Position numbers and translations under genes: made by a program
NCBI GenBank assembly: GCA_020029455.1
Contig: JAIBJH010000003.1
Span: 1 to 58,177, forward strand
Length of the DNA stretch: 58,177 nucleotides
Reading direction: 5' to 3'
Origin: Hyphomicrobiales bacterium
Lineage (GTDB): Bacteria; Pseudomonadota; Alphaproteobacteria; Rhizobiales; Aestuariivirgaceae
Part shown: piece after piece, positions 38,694 to 52,728 of the stretch
Layout of the letters: each line of letters starts with the position of its first letter
How positions within the stretch are numbered: the stretch's first letter is position 1
Notes under the pieces: generated by a model
The model's database searches: none
What the model was told of the DNA's origin: nothing
The model's input: only the letters and a program-made list of their open reading frames with translations

Positions 38694-39902
38694 ATGGCGA
38701 TCCTCGAACCACAAACATCCCCGCCGCTCTATGCCAACAGGCCGTCCCAGACGGGCCTTCGGCAGCATAATGAGCGGCTGGCGCTGTCGCTGATCCGCGC
38801 CCATGGCAGCCTTCCCAAGGCTGAGATTGCGAGGCTGACGGGCCTCTCCCCACAGGCGGCCTCTGTCATTGTCCGGCAGCTTGAGACGGATGGCCTGGTG
38901 GTGAAAGGCAAGGCCCAGAAGGGCAAAGTGGGCCAGCCCTTGCAGCCCTTCCTCCTCAACCCGGAAGGGGCCTTCTCCATTGGCCTCAAGGTTGGGCGGC
39001 GCTCCGGCGATATGGTGCTTATGGGGCTTGATGGCGGGGCGCGCAATGTCATCCACCAGCCCTATCGCTTTCCTTCACCGGAAGAATTTGTCGACTTTGC
39101 CCAAGACGGAATCAAGTCGCTGGCCGCCGAGGTGCCGCGCGGCAAGCGCAAGCGCATTTCAGGCCTCGGCGTTGCCATGCCCTTCGACATCTGGAAATGG
39201 GAGGAAGAGGCAGGCGCACCCCATGCCGTCATGGAAGAATGGAAGGACTTCAATCTGCAGGGTGCGTTGCAGGAATTCTGCGACTGGCCCGTCCTGCTGT
39301 GCAATGATGCCACCGCCGCCTGCGGAGCCGAACTGCTTTTGGGAAAAGGCCAGAGTTACGGCAGCTTCGCCTATTTCTATATCGGCTATTTCATTGGCGG
39401 TGGTTTGGTGCTCAACGGCCAGGTTTTCGCTGGCCCAACGGGAAACGCCGCTGCCTTCGGTTCCATGCCGGTGGCAGGCCGCAATGGGGCCTCACAGCAG
39501 CTCATCCGCGCGGCCTCACTTTTCAGGCTCGAAAGGACACTCCGGGAAGCCGGCATTGCAGCGGACATACTGTGGGCACCGCAATCAGAGTGGAAAGAAA
39601 TACGGGATCAGGTCAGCGCCTGGATCAACGAGGCGGCACCTGCCATTGCGCAAGCCGCAGTTGCCATTGCCAGCGTGGTCGATCCGAAGGCCATCATCAT
39701 CGATGGCGCGATGCCCAATACTGTGCGCTCCGAACTGACCGCTGCCGTGCGATCCCACCTCGAAACCCTCAACCGAGATGGTATTGCGCCCTTTGCCATT
39801 GAAGAAGGAACCATTGGCATTCAGGCCCGCGCACTTGGCGCCGCTAGCCTTCCGCTCTTTGCCAACTATATGGTGAACCGGGATATCCTGTTTGCCGGTT
39901 GA
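38694..39902 (+). CDS. frcR: ROK family transcriptional regulator FrcR
   Basis: HTH AEIARLTGLS; GKVGQP, NDATAACGAE and GYFIGGG; divergent from frcB. Confidence 0.88.
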   Translation: MAILEPQTSPPLYANRPSQTGLRQHNERLALSLIRAHGSLPKAEIARLTGLSPQAASVIVRQLETDGLVVKGKAQKGKVGQPLQPFLLNPEGAFSIGLKVGRRSGDMVLMGLDGGARNVIHQPYRFPSPEEFVDFAQDGIKSLAAEVPRGKRKRISGLGVAMPFDIWKWEEEAGAPHAVMEEWKDFNLQGALQEFCDWPVLLCNDATAACGAELLLGKGQSYGSFAYFYIGYFIGGGLVLNGQVFAGPTGNAAAFGSMPVAGRNGASQQLIRAASLFRLERTLREAGIAADILWAPQSEWKEIRDQVSAWINEAAPAIAQAAVAIASVVDPKAIIIDGAMPNTVRSELTAAVRSHLETLNRDGIAPFAIEEGTIGIQARALGAASLPLFANYMVNRDILFAG

Positions 39903-39913
39903 CGGTGCTCGAA

Positions 39914-43520
<3,607 letters not shown>

Positions 43521-43524
<4 letters not shown>

Positions 43525-44633
43525 ACCCGCATCGGCATCAGCACATAAAGGGCGCGGGCATCATCCGGATCCTTCACCAGAGTCGGTGAGCCCGCATCCT
43601 GAAGCTCGAAGCGCATGTTCTCGGCCTCAATCTGCCCCGCCACGTCCAGGAGGTAGCGCGAGTTGAAGCCAATCTCGATGGGCTCATCGTCATAGGTGAC
43701 GGGAAGCTCTTCCTCGGCGCTGCCGGAATCCGGATTGTTTACGGCAAGCCCCATGCGGTCCTTTGATAGCGAGAGCTTTACGGCGCGGCTCTTCTCGAAC
43801 GAAATCGTCGAAACGCGATCCACGGCGGCGGTGAACTCCTTCGTGTCAGCCGTAAGCTGCTTGCTGTTGTTGCGCGGAATGACGCGCTCATAATCCGGGA
43901 AAGTGCCATCGATGAGTTTAGACGTCAGCACAAGGCCACTTGCCGTGAACCTGATCTTTGAGGAGGACAGCGCCACTTCAACATCACCTTCCACACCTTC
44001 CAGAAGCTTGACGATCTCCAGCACCGTCTTCCTCGGTACGATGACGCCCGGCATGCCGGTGGCACCTTGCGGCAAATCAACCTGTGCCTGCGCCAGCCTG
44101 TGGCCGTCGGTTGCCACAGCGCGCAAACTTTCGCTCTGGCTTGCCTGATGCAGATAGATGCCGTTGAGATAATAGCGCGTCTCTTCGGTGGAGATGGCAA
44201 AGCGGGTCTTTTCGACGAGATATCTGAGATCGGCGGCCGACAATTTGAATGATGTGCCAAAGGTGCCGCTCGACAGGTCTGGAAAATCCTCCGGCGGCAA
44301 AGCCTGCAGTGCAAAGCGCGATCTGCCGGCGATGACATTGACGCGCGATGAATCCGGCCCCTGCTCAAGGGCAAGCTGGGCACCTTCGGGGAGCTTGCGC
44401 ACGATGTCGTAGAGCATGTGGGCGGCAACGGTCACGGCACCTTCGCGCTGGGTTTCGGCACCGATGCTCTCCACGATCTCAATGTCGAGATCGGTCGCCG
44501 TCAGACGCAAGCCGTCCTTTCCAGCGTTGATCAATACATTAGACAGGATCGGTATGGTGTTGCGGCGTTCGACCACGCTCTGCACGTGATTGAGGGCCTT
44601 CAGGAAAGAGCTTCTTTCAATAGTGACGCGCAT
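43521..44633 (-). CDS. dnaN: DNA polymerase III beta sliding clamp
   Basis: VERRNTIPILSN, ETRYYLNG, ATDGHRL, FPDYERVIP and YVLMPMRV. Confidence 0.97.
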
Positions 44634-44761
44634 GGGTGGAAACTGCCCGATTGTTGCCCGGCCCGGCGACCGGAATGATCGCGAGGGGGCTTGCGACAAT
44701 GGCCCGGAAAACCCTTGTTTTCAAGGCGTTTTTCGGAGCTTCAACAGGCTTGTTGGCGCGC

Positions 44762-46279
44762 CTATTGTTGCTCAACAAGGCGAATCAGCATGGCCACGTC
44801 CTTGGCCAGCTTTTCATCGCTCCGCAACTGCTCATCAATCTTGCGGACGGCATGGAGCACCGTTGAATGATCGCGCCCGCCAAAGCGGCGCCCGATCTCC
44901 GGCAGCGACCTGCTGGTGAGCTTCTTGGCCAGATACATGCCAATCTGGCGCGGCACCACCACGGTGCGGGCCCGGCGCGGGGAAAGTAGATCGGCCTTTG
45001 CAACATTGTAGTGACGGCCCACCACCTTGAGGATGTCCTCGATCTTGATGCGCCCCGGATCATTGCCCGCATGAGCCATGGCCTCACGCAGCACCATGCC
45101 AGCAAGATCAACCGATATCGCACGGTTGTTAAATTGCTGATAGGCGAGAATGCGGTTGAGCGCGCCTTCCAACTCGCGCCCGCCCCCGGTGACGCGCTCG
45201 GCGATGAGATCGAGGATCTCTGGCGCAATGACGTGGCCCGGATCCTTCGCCAGCATCTGCTCGTGGCGCACGCCAACAATTCTGCGCCGCAACTCCTCGT
45301 CGGGGGCCTCGATGTCGACAACAAGCCCCCCCATGATACGCGAGCGCATGCGCTGGTCTATGGCGTCAAGCTGGGCAGGCGGCACATCCGCCGCAATCAC
45401 CACCTGGCGCCTTGCATCAACAAGCGAATTGAACGAGTGACAGAACTCCTGCTGGGTAGCCTTGCCTTGCAGAAACTGGAAGTCGTCGATGAGCAGCACA
45501 TCGACGGCCTGGAACTGGTCCTTGAAGGAGAGTGTGTCGCGCTGGCGTATGGCATGGATGAAACCATACATGAAACGCTCGGCGGTCAGCATCATGACGC
45601 GCCGGCCGGCATTGGTGGCGCGGATGCGATAGGCAATGGCATTGAGCAAATGGCTCTTGCCGTAGCCTGCCGGTGAATGGATATAGAGCGGATTGACGCC
45701 AATGCCGGTGCCATTGGAACCTTGCGCAACGCGGCTTGCTGCTGCAACAGCGAGCTGGTTCGAGGAACCCACAACGAATGTCTCGAAGGTCTGGCTTTCG
45801 TCACCTGCCGCCTGCTCCGCAAGCGGCTGAATCATCGATGGCTGACGATCAACCGAAGACATCGCCGGGACTGGCCTCACGATGGCCGGCCTTGCTTGCC
45901 CCATGCGTTCAGCTTGCTGGCCGGACACAGCCTGGCCCTGGGTGCGCACACGCAGGATGACATGGGCGACATCGTCAAGTTCCGCCGCCACGGCCTTCTG
46001 CAACTTGCCGACATAGTGGTTCTCAACCCAGCTCTTGAGGAAACGGGTCGGCACCGACAAAAGAAGCTGGCCATTGGTATAGCTGTCGAGCTCCATCCGC
46101 CCAAACCAGCTGTTGAACAGATCATCACCCAGTTCGGCGCGAATCCGCTGTTGAATGCGCTGCCATTTTCCACGAAGCTCCGCCATATCCGCGCCTTGCC
46201 TCGCCGTCGTGCTCAAGATTGCCGCCGTCACGTGTTGTCCCGCCTCTTTTGATTGACGCGTTGATTGCCTCACGCTCAA
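44762..46279 (-). CDS. dnaA: Chromosomal replication initiator DnaA (start uncertain)
   Basis: [34 protein letters not shown] and [16 protein letters not shown]. Confidence 0.96.
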   Translation of the reverse strand: MSVRQSTRQSKEAGQHVTAAILSTTARQGADMAELRGKWQRIQQRIRAELGDDLFNSWFGRMELDSYTNGQLLLSVPTRFLKSWVENHYVGKLQKAVAAELDDVAHVILRVRTQGQAVSGQQAERMGQARPAIVRPVPAMSSVDRQPSMIQPLAEQAAGDESQTFETFVVGSSNQLAVAAASRVAQGSNGTGIGVNPLYIHSPAGYGKSHLLNAIAYRIRATNAGRRVMMLTAERFMYGFIHAIRQRDTLSFKDQFQAVDVLLIDDFQFLQGKATQQEFCHSFNSLVDARRQVVIAADVPPAQLDAIDQRMRSRIMGGLVVDIEAPDEELRRRIVGVRHEQMLAKDPGHVIAPEILDLIAERVTGGGRELEGALNRILAYQQFNNRAISVDLAGMVLREAMAHAGNDPGRIKIEDILKVVGRHYNVAKADLLSPRRARTVVVPRQIGMYLAKKLTSRSLPEIGRRFGGRDHSTVLHAVRKIDEQLRSDEKLAKDVAMLIRLVEQQ

Positions 46280-46769
46280 CCACTACCCTGCCTCGAACAG
46301 CCGTTCCGCCAGAAGGTCATGCCTTCGGGTCGACCCCCAAACCGCACGGAAACATGCCGCAACACCACTTGGCTTGCGCGCCACATTCCTGCACTTACAT
46401 TTGAGGGGTGGCTCATTGGCCACCAAACCGCTGCCCCCACCGCCACACCGCTCTTGCTGTGTCTTGGCTGTGGATTAACTAGTCACGGCTATCGGGCGAG
46501 TGCAACGGCAAAGCGCGGAGCCTTCCTGTGCGGGGCTCTTCGCAAATGAATCCCGTGCCTGGTTAGCGGTCATGCGAAAGACCCTAAACTCCTGATTCAC
46601 GCAGATGAATCATGGATTGAACTTCCAGTTGCTGGAGCAGCTTAACCATTCCGCAAAGCTAGAGGCCAAGAGCCAAGGTACCGGGCCGGATATGACAAAT
46701 ACCTGACAATTCGGAATAAACCATTGATTAACCTTGATTAATTCTCACGATTTTGTCAGGGTCCGGAAC

Positions 46770-46799
46770 AAAAAACGCCGCAAACCAGGTTTGCGGCGT
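46770..46799 (-). terminator. Intrinsic terminator of rpsT
   Basis: ACGCCGCAAACC-A-GGTTTGCGGCGT stem followed by a T-run on the minus strand. Confidence 0.8.
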
Positions 46800-46836
46800 C
46801 TGATGCTTGTCCATTTGGACAAAATCTTGGTGGGGC

Positions 46837-47103
46837 TCAGCCCTTCATGGCGCGTACGCGGGCAGTGAGGCGCGAGACTTTGCGGGAAGCGGCGTTCTTG
46901 TGCATCACGCCCTTCTGAGCGCCGCGAGCGAGCTGCGGTGTTGCTGACTTGAGGGCTGCTTCGGCATCGGCCTTCTTGCCAGATGCGATGGCTTCCTCGA
47001 CCTTTCGGACGGATGAGCGAACGAGGGTCAGGCGGTTCTTGTTGACGGTGGCACGGCGGGCGGCAACGCGGGTCGCCTTCTTGGCGGATTTGGTATTTGC
47101 CAT
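46837..47103 (-). CDS. rpsT: 30S ribosomal protein S20
   Basis: MANTKSAKK...N...[12 protein letters not shown]; rpsT-dnaA synteny. Confidence 0.97.
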   Translation of the reverse strand: MANTKSAKKATRVAARRATVNKNRLTLVRSSVRKVEEAIASGKKADAEAALKSATPQLARGAQKGVMHKNAASRKVSRLTARVRAMKG

Positions 47104-47203
47104 AAATGATCCTGTGGTTTTTTCGAGTAACCGTTCAGGCCCCAGGTCATGCCCTGGGCGCAAACGGTTTGCCCCGGCACTGACCGGGGCGGATTGGCGC
47201 GGC

Positions 47204-47232
47204 TTATAGGCATGAAGCGGGCTTCACGTCAA
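47204..47232 (-). promoter_or_regulatory. Sigma70 promoter of rpsT
   Basis: Minus strand TTGACG-N17-CTATAA. Confidence 0.65.
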
Positions 47233-47277
47233 TTCTGCCGTTGCCCGCTCCAGCTGCGGCAATTATAGCCATTTCGC

Positions 47278-47619
47278 ATGTATTCCGAAACGCGCCCCTG
47301 GGGCACTTTCCATGTCCTTGATGAACAGCCCGGCTTCAAGGTGAAGCGCATCAGCGTCAATCCCGATGGCAGGCTTTCACTGCAGAGCCACAAGCACCGC
47401 AGCGAACATTGGACGGTGGTGAATGGCGAAGCAACGGTTACAGTGGACGCGCAAGTAAGAAAGCTCACGCGTGGTCAATTCGCGGATATACCGCTGGGCG
47501 CCAAGCACCGGCTGGAAAATCTCGGAACCGAGCTGGTCGAGATCATCGAGGTGCAATTCGGTGACTATCTGGGCGAAGACGACATCATCCGTTACGACGA
47601 CATCTATAGCCGGACCTGA
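47278..47619 (+). CDS. Stand-alone type II mannose-6-phosphate isomerase C-terminal cupin
   Basis: RPWG, LSLQSHKHRSEHW, HRLEN and EVQFGDYLGEDDI.R..D.Y. Confidence 0.9.
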   Translation: MYSETRPWGTFHVLDEQPGFKVKRISVNPDGRLSLQSHKHRSEHWTVVNGEATVTVDAQVRKLTRGQFADIPLGAKHRLENLGTELVEIIEVQFGDYLGEDDIIRYDDIYSRT

Positions 47620-47624
47620 ATCTG

Positions 47625-48497
47625 ATGAACCGCATCGGCATTGATGTGGGCGGCACCAAGATCGCAGCGGCGGCCTTTGATGCCGACGGCAAGGTTGTTT
47701 TCGAGAAGCGAATTGCCACACCAAAAAGCTATGAAGAGATTGTGGAGGCCGTGGTGAGTCTCGCTCATGAAGCAGGACCCGGCAATATTGGCATTGGCGC
47801 GCCAGGTTCTTCAGGACGTGATAATCTGTGGCGCAATTCCAATATCGTGTTGTGTAATGGCCGGCCTTTTCATGGGGACATGGAGAGAGCCATCGGCAGG
47901 ACAATCAGGACGGAAAACGATGTTAATTGCTTTGTTCTTTCGGAGGCGCGGGAGGGAGCTGGCGAGGGGTTCGGTGTGGTTGCCTTTTTCACCATCGGCA
48001 CCGGACTTGGTGGCGGACTTGTGATTGATGGAAAATTGCTGCGCGGGGCCAATGGTGAGGCCGCGGAATTCGGACACATGGGCATGCCGTGGCTGACAGA
48101 AGCTGAACTGCCACCCATTCAGTGTTTTTGCGGCAAACCGGGCTGCGTTGAAATGTATGTCTCGGGCACCGGCCTTCGCCAGGATTGGCGGCGCGCTCAC
48201 GGTGAGGCAGTGGACGGCCCTGAAATTGTAAAGCGGGCGCGCGCTGGCGATGAGAATGCAAAAGCAGCAATTGCGCGTCTGCAAGACCGTTTTGCCCGCG
48301 TTATCGGCAATATCGTCAATTGCCTCGATCCCGATATCTTTGTGATGGGCGGCGGTTTGGCTGAATTGCCGGAACTGGTGGAAGAGCTTCCCGCGGTTGC
48401 CGCGCGTTACAGTTTTTCCGGCAAGGCGGAGCCGCGCATTGCCCGCGCCCAGAATGCGGACGCAGGTATCAGGGGTGCAGCGCTTCTTTGGAACTGA
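47625..48497 (+). CDS. ROK family sugar kinase (Mak/NagK-like)
   Basis: GIDVGGTK, ENDVNC, GTGLGGG and EFGH...CFCG..GCVE; no HTH. Confidence 0.9.
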   Translation: MNRIGIDVGGTKIAAAAFDADGKVVFEKRIATPKSYEEIVEAVVSLAHEAGPGNIGIGAPGSSGRDNLWRNSNIVLCNGRPFHGDMERAIGRTIRTENDVNCFVLSEAREGAGEGFGVVAFFTIGTGLGGGLVIDGKLLRGANGEAAEFGHMGMPWLTEAELPPIQCFCGKPGCVEMYVSGTGLRQDWRRAHGEAVDGPEIVKRARAGDENAKAAIARLQDRFARVIGNIVNCLDPDIFVMGGGLAELPELVEELPAVAARYSFSGKAEPRIARAQNADAGIRGAALLWN

Positions 48498-48500
48498 GAG

Positions 48501-49493
48501 CTATTTCACCTTCTCGAACTTGCCTGTCTTGCCGGAGCGGAACAGGGCGTCGAGAACCTTCATGTTGGTGATGGCATCTTCAATGCCCCAGACATGTTTC
48601 TCCTCCTTGCGGATTACCCGGCCAAAGGCTTCGGCCTCCAGCTGATACTGATCGGAAATGGGAAATTCATGCCAGGTGCCTTCATTCATCTCCATGCCCT
48701 GCACGAAAATCCGATTGGGCCTGTCTGGCGGCGCATTAAATGGAATTTCAATTTCAATGCGGCCCTTGGTGCCCATGATGTGGACGCGCTGGTAGGGCGC
48801 AAGCTGGGTTGATGCTGTGAAGGTCAGATGGCGGCCCTTGGGGAACTCAAGGATGGCGCCAGCGAGCCTGTCTGTCTTGAAGACGGGATCGCGCTCGATC
48901 GTTGCGGCCGCGCGCGTAGGGTCGGCGCCGAAGATATAGCGCGAGATGGTGACCGGATAACAACCGATGTCGAGAAGGCCGCCGCCGCCGATCTTGGCCA
49001 TGTTGCGGACGTTCTTGGGGTCGCGGTTGAAATAGGTGAACATCACCTGGATGGCGCGGGCTTCGCCAATCTCTCCTGCCTTCACGCGGGCCAATGCATC
49101 TTTCCACTGGAGTGCGTGGCGCACCATGAAAGCTTCCGCCACCTTGATGGATTTGGGCAGTTTGCGGAGCTGGGCAGCTTCCTTGGCCGTGATGGCGATG
49201 GGTTTTTCACAGAGCACGTGCTTTCCGGCGCGCGCTGCGGCCAAGGTCAGGGGCACATGGAGATGGTTGGGAAGGGGGTTGTAGACGGCCTCGATTTCAG
49301 GATCGGCCAGCATCTCTTCATAGGAACCATAGGCCTTGGGGATACCAAGTTTTCCGGCCCATTCCTTGGCGGTCTTGAGATTGCGGGAGGAGATGGCGGC
49401 CACCTCCAATTCGCTGCTCTTCAGCATGCCCGGTATGACCTTGGCGACGCCGATATTTGCCGTGGAGATTACCCCCCACTTAACTTTCCCCAT
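48501..49493 (-). CDS. Gfo/Idh/MocA family oxidoreductase
   Basis: YNPLPNHLH, HVLCEKP and GGGLLDIGCY. Confidence 0.92.
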   Translation of the reverse strand: MGKVKWGVISTANIGVAKVIPGMLKSSELEVAAISSRNLKTAKEWAGKLGIPKAYGSYEEMLADPEIEAVYNPLPNHLHVPLTLAAARAGKHVLCEKPIAITAKEAAQLRKLPKSIKVAEAFMVRHALQWKDALARVKAGEIGEARAIQVMFTYFNRDPKNVRNMAKIGGGGLLDIGCYPVTISRYIFGADPTRAAATIERDPVFKTDRLAGAILEFPKGRHLTFTASTQLAPYQRVHIMGTKGRIEIEIPFNAPPDRPNRIFVQGMEMNEGTWHEFPISDQYQLEAEAFGRVIRKEEKHVWGIEDAITNMKVLDALFRSGKTGKFEKVK

Positions 49494-49674
49494 CTTGCCT
49501 CTCCTTCTTGTGTTTAGCCTATATGCCCGAGATTCGGCCGAGGGTTAAGTGTCGCCGGCCTCTAACCAACCGCCGCTCATTGCCTTGACGCCCGCATCCG
49601 GGAAGCGCTTAATTTCCCCATCTGGCGGCCCAGAGAACATCAATGGCTGCAACAGACGACAGGGAGTTCAAGGT

Positions 49675-50610
49675 ATGACATTCATGAAAAAACTATTGGC
49701 GGCCTCGGCCTTCATCGGTCTGGCGGCCGGTTCCGCCCAGGCAGGCGATGCCGAGTCTTGCAAGGCCGTGCGCTTTGCCGATGTGGGCTGGACCGACATC
49801 CAGGTGATCACCGGCATTGCCGCAAACATCTTCGATGCGCTGGGCTATACCTCGGAAGTGAAGACGCTGTCCGTGCCGGTCACCTACGCCTCGCTCAAGA
49901 ACAAGGACATCGACGTTTTCCTCGGCAACTGGATGCCTTCCATGACGGCGGACGTCACGCCCTATCTTGAAGACAAGTCGGTCGAGCAACTGCAGCCGGC
50001 CAACCTTGAAGGAGCGGGCTATGGCATCGTGGTGCCGCAATATGTGGCTGACGCAGGCGTCAAGTCGATCGCCGATCTCGCCGCCAACAAGGACAAGTTC
50101 GATGGCAAGTTCTATGGCATCGAGTCGGGCAATGACGGCAACCGCATCATCCAGACCATCATCGATGATGCCAAGAACAACCTTGCCGGTTTTGAACTGG
50201 TGGAAAGCTCAGAAGCAGGCATGCTGACGGAAGCTGAAAAGGCCATTAAGGATCAGAAGTGGATCCTGTTCCTCGGCTGGACGCCGCACCCAGTCATGGG
50301 CGACATGGCTATTCACTATCTCGACGGCGTCGACGCTTACGGCTTCGGCCCAGCCAAGGTCTTTACCAATGTGCGCGCCGGCTATACCACCGACTGCCCG
50401 AATGCGGGCAAGCTCGTCTCCAACCTTCGCTTCACGTTGCCCATGGAAGGCGCGATGATGGCCCCGGTCCTCAAGGACGGGAAGGACCCGAAGGACGTGG
50501 CCAAGGAATGGATGAAGGCCAATCCGGACGCCATCGGTGCCTGGCTTGATGGGGTGACCACCATGGATGGCGGCGACGCCAAGGCGGCGGTGATGGCCAC
50601 GCTGCAGTAA
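49675..50610 (+). CDS. choX: Choline ABC transporter substrate-binding protein
   Basis: DVGWTDI, LSVPVTY.SL, FLGNWMP, GIE.GNDGN and FLGW.PHP. Confidence 0.9.
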   Translation: MTFMKKLLAASAFIGLAAGSAQAGDAESCKAVRFADVGWTDIQVITGIAANIFDALGYTSEVKTLSVPVTYASLKNKDIDVFLGNWMPSMTADVTPYLEDKSVEQLQPANLEGAGYGIVVPQYVADAGVKSIADLAANKDKFDGKFYGIESGNDGNRIIQTIIDDAKNNLAGFELVESSEAGMLTEAEKAIKDQKWILFLGWTPHPVMGDMAIHYLDGVDAYGFGPAKVFTNVRAGYTTDCPNAGKLVSNLRFTLPMEGAMMAPVLKDGKDPKDVAKEWMKANPDAIGAWLDGVTTMDGGDAKAAVMATLQ

Positions 50611-50616
50611 GTTACG

Positions 50617-50647
50617 AGGGCGCCGGAAAAACTCCGGCGCCCTTTTT
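50617..50647 (+). terminator. Intra-operon terminator or stabilising hairpin after choX
   Basis: AGGGCGCCGGA-loop-TCCGGCGCCCT followed by TTTT. Confidence 0.7.
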
Positions 50648-50680
50648 CAATTGCGTGGGGACGCGTGAAGGGCGGGAACA

Positions 50681-51538
50681 ATGAATGATCCAATCTCGGA
50701 GCTGATCAAGCTCTGGAAAATCCCGGTGGGAAAATGGGGCAAGAGCTTCATTGATTTCATCATCACTTATTTCGAGTGGTTCTTCGATGGCCTGAAGAAC
50801 GGGCTTAATTGGATCGTCGAGGGCACCACATGGCTCATGCTGCTCTGCCCGCCTTTCGTGCTCGCAGTGCTCATCACGGTTCTTGTGTACTATGTGCGGC
50901 GCTCGAAATGGCTGGCGCTCGGCGTTCTCGTGGGCCTTCTCTTCATCATCAATCAGGGCCTGTGGAAGGAAACGGTGCAGACGCTGGTGCTGGTGCTTTA
51001 TGCAACGGCACTATCCATGGCGCTTGCCGTGCCGCTCGGCATCTGGGCAGCGCACAGCCCGCGAGTGTGGAAGACTGTGCAGCCCATCCTCGACTTGATG
51101 CAGACCATGCCCACCTTCGTCTATCTCATTCCCATTCTCATCCTCTTCGGGCTTGGCGCGGCACCGGCACTCATCGTCACCATTATCTTTGCCATGCCCG
51201 CGCCGGTGCGCATGACCTATCTGGGCCTCACCTCCATCCCCAAGCCTATGCTCGAGGCGGGCGAGAGCTTCGGTGCCACCAAGCAGCAGTTGCTGTGGAA
51301 GGTGGAATTGCCGGCGGCCATGCCATCAATCCTGGCCGGACTAACTCAGTGCATCATGCTGTCGCTGTCGATGGTGGTGATTGCGACCTTGATCGGCGCG
51401 CCATCGCTCGGCAATCCGGTGAACCGGGCGCTCAACAACCGCAATATTCCGCTCGGCATCGAAGCGGGTCTCGCCATCGTCATCCTTGCCATCATCCTTG
51501 ACCGGGTGCTGGCCCAGAAGGTGGGAGGGCAGAAATGA
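50681..51538 (+). CDS. choW: Choline ABC transporter permease
   Basis: PILDLMQTMPTFVYLIP, EAG..FG and LSLSMVVI. Confidence 0.9.
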   Translation: MNDPISELIKLWKIPVGKWGKSFIDFIITYFEWFFDGLKNGLNWIVEGTTWLMLLCPPFVLAVLITVLVYYVRRSKWLALGVLVGLLFIINQGLWKETVQTLVLVLYATALSMALAVPLGIWAAHSPRVWKTVQPILDLMQTMPTFVYLIPILILFGLGAAPALIVTIIFAMPAPVRMTYLGLTSIPKPMLEAGESFGATKQQLLWKVELPAAMPSILAGLTQCIMLSLSMVVIATLIGAPSLGNPVNRALNNRNIPLGIEAGLAIVILAIILDRVLAQKVGGQK

Positions 51539-52728
51539 CCGCCGCCGTCGAATTCAAAAAAGTCGATATCATCTTCGGCGAGAAGTCGGGCGAAGCGCTG
51601 GCGCTTCTGGATGCCGGAAAGGCTCGAGCGGAAATACTGACCGAAACGGGTGCGGTTCTCGGTGCTGCAGATGCCTCTCTCATAGTCCGTGAGGGAGAGA
51701 TTTCCGTTCTCATGGGGCTTTCGGGTTCCGGGAAGTCCACGCTGCTGCGCGCCGTCAACGGCCTCAACACGGTGACACGCGGCGAAGTGATCGTTCATGG
51801 CAAGGACGGAGCGGTCAATGTCGTGAACTGCAGCGCCGATGACTTGCGCAAGGTGCGGCGCGAGCGCGTGGCCATGGTGTTCCAGCAGTTTGCGCTCCTC
51901 CCGTGGCGTACAGTGCACCAGAATGTTGGCTTTGGTCTTGAACTATCGGGCGTGCCCGAAGCAGAGCGCAATACCAGGGTGGACAAGCAACTGGAACTTG
52001 TGGGCCTTTCGCAATGGGCCAATAAATATGCACATGAACTCTCCGGCGGTATGCAGCAGCGTGTGGGGCTCGCCCGGGCCTTTGCCACGGAGGCGCCGAT
52101 CCTTCTCATGGATGAGCCATTTTCGGCGCTTGATCCCCTGATCCGTACAAAGCTGCAGGACGAGTTGCTGCAACTCCAAAAGACGCTCAAGAAGACCATC
52201 ATCTTCGTGAGCCATGATCTCGAGGAAGCACTCAAGATCGGCAACACCATCACCATCATGGAGGGTGGCCGGATCGTGCAGTCCGGGCGGCCTGAGGACA
52301 TCGTGCTCCGGCCTGCCAATGACTATGTGCGCGACTTTATCGCCAATGTGAATCCGCTCTCGGTGCTCACCGCCTGGAACGTGATGCAGAATGTGGCCGA
52401 CCTCGAAAAAATGGCGGACGGCTGGGTGTGGCTCGACAAGCGCAAGACCACGCGCTTCAAGCTCGACAGCGACGGCAAGGTCATCGATGCCGAGCGCGAC
52501 AAGAAGAAGACGGCCTGGATCTCCTGCGCCGACATTGAGAAGCAACCGGTGCCGGAAGGAAAGCGCCCGGCCTATTGGGCAAGGCCTGGCACAACGCTCA
52601 AGACCGTGATGCTTGCCATGCACCATACGGACACGGCGCCTGTTGCGCTTTTTGACGAGGAGGACAAGTTCGTGGGCTCGATCGGCGTAAAGGACGTGCT
52701 GCGCGCCGTGCTCAAGCGTTCAGAGTGA
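51535..52728 (+). CDS. choV: Choline ABC transporter ATP-binding protein
   Basis: GLSGSGKST, LSGGMQQR and MDEPFSALDPLIR. Confidence 0.9.
   Translation: MTAAVEFKKVDIIFGEKSGEALALLDAGKARAEILTETGAVLGAADASLIVREGEISVLMGLSGSGKSTLLRAVNGLNTVTRGEVIVHGKDGAVNVVNCSADDLRKVRRERVAMVFQQFALLPWRTVHQNVGFGLELSGVPEAERNTRVDKQLELVGLSQWANKYAHELSGGMQQRVGLARAFATEAPILLMDEPFSALDPLIRTKLQDELLQLQKTLKKTIIFVSHDLEEALKIGNTITIMEGGRIVQSGRPEDIVLRPANDYVRDFIANVNPLSVLTAWNVMQNVADLEKMADGWVWLDKRKTTRFKLDSDGKVIDAERDKKKTAWISCADIEKQPVPEGKRPAYWARPGTTLKTVMLAMHHTDTAPVALFDEEDKFVGSIGVKDVLRAVLKRSE

Noticed and set aside
45640-45680. Non-canonical DnaA Walker A (HSPAGYGKS)
   Set aside because: The GxGK(S/T) core is intact and similar variation occurs in rhizobial DnaA
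47278-48497. Cupin plus ROK kinase as a displaced part of the frc operon
   Set aside because: Separated from frc by the replication genes and no copy of the frc palindrome upstream; substrate cannot be inferred
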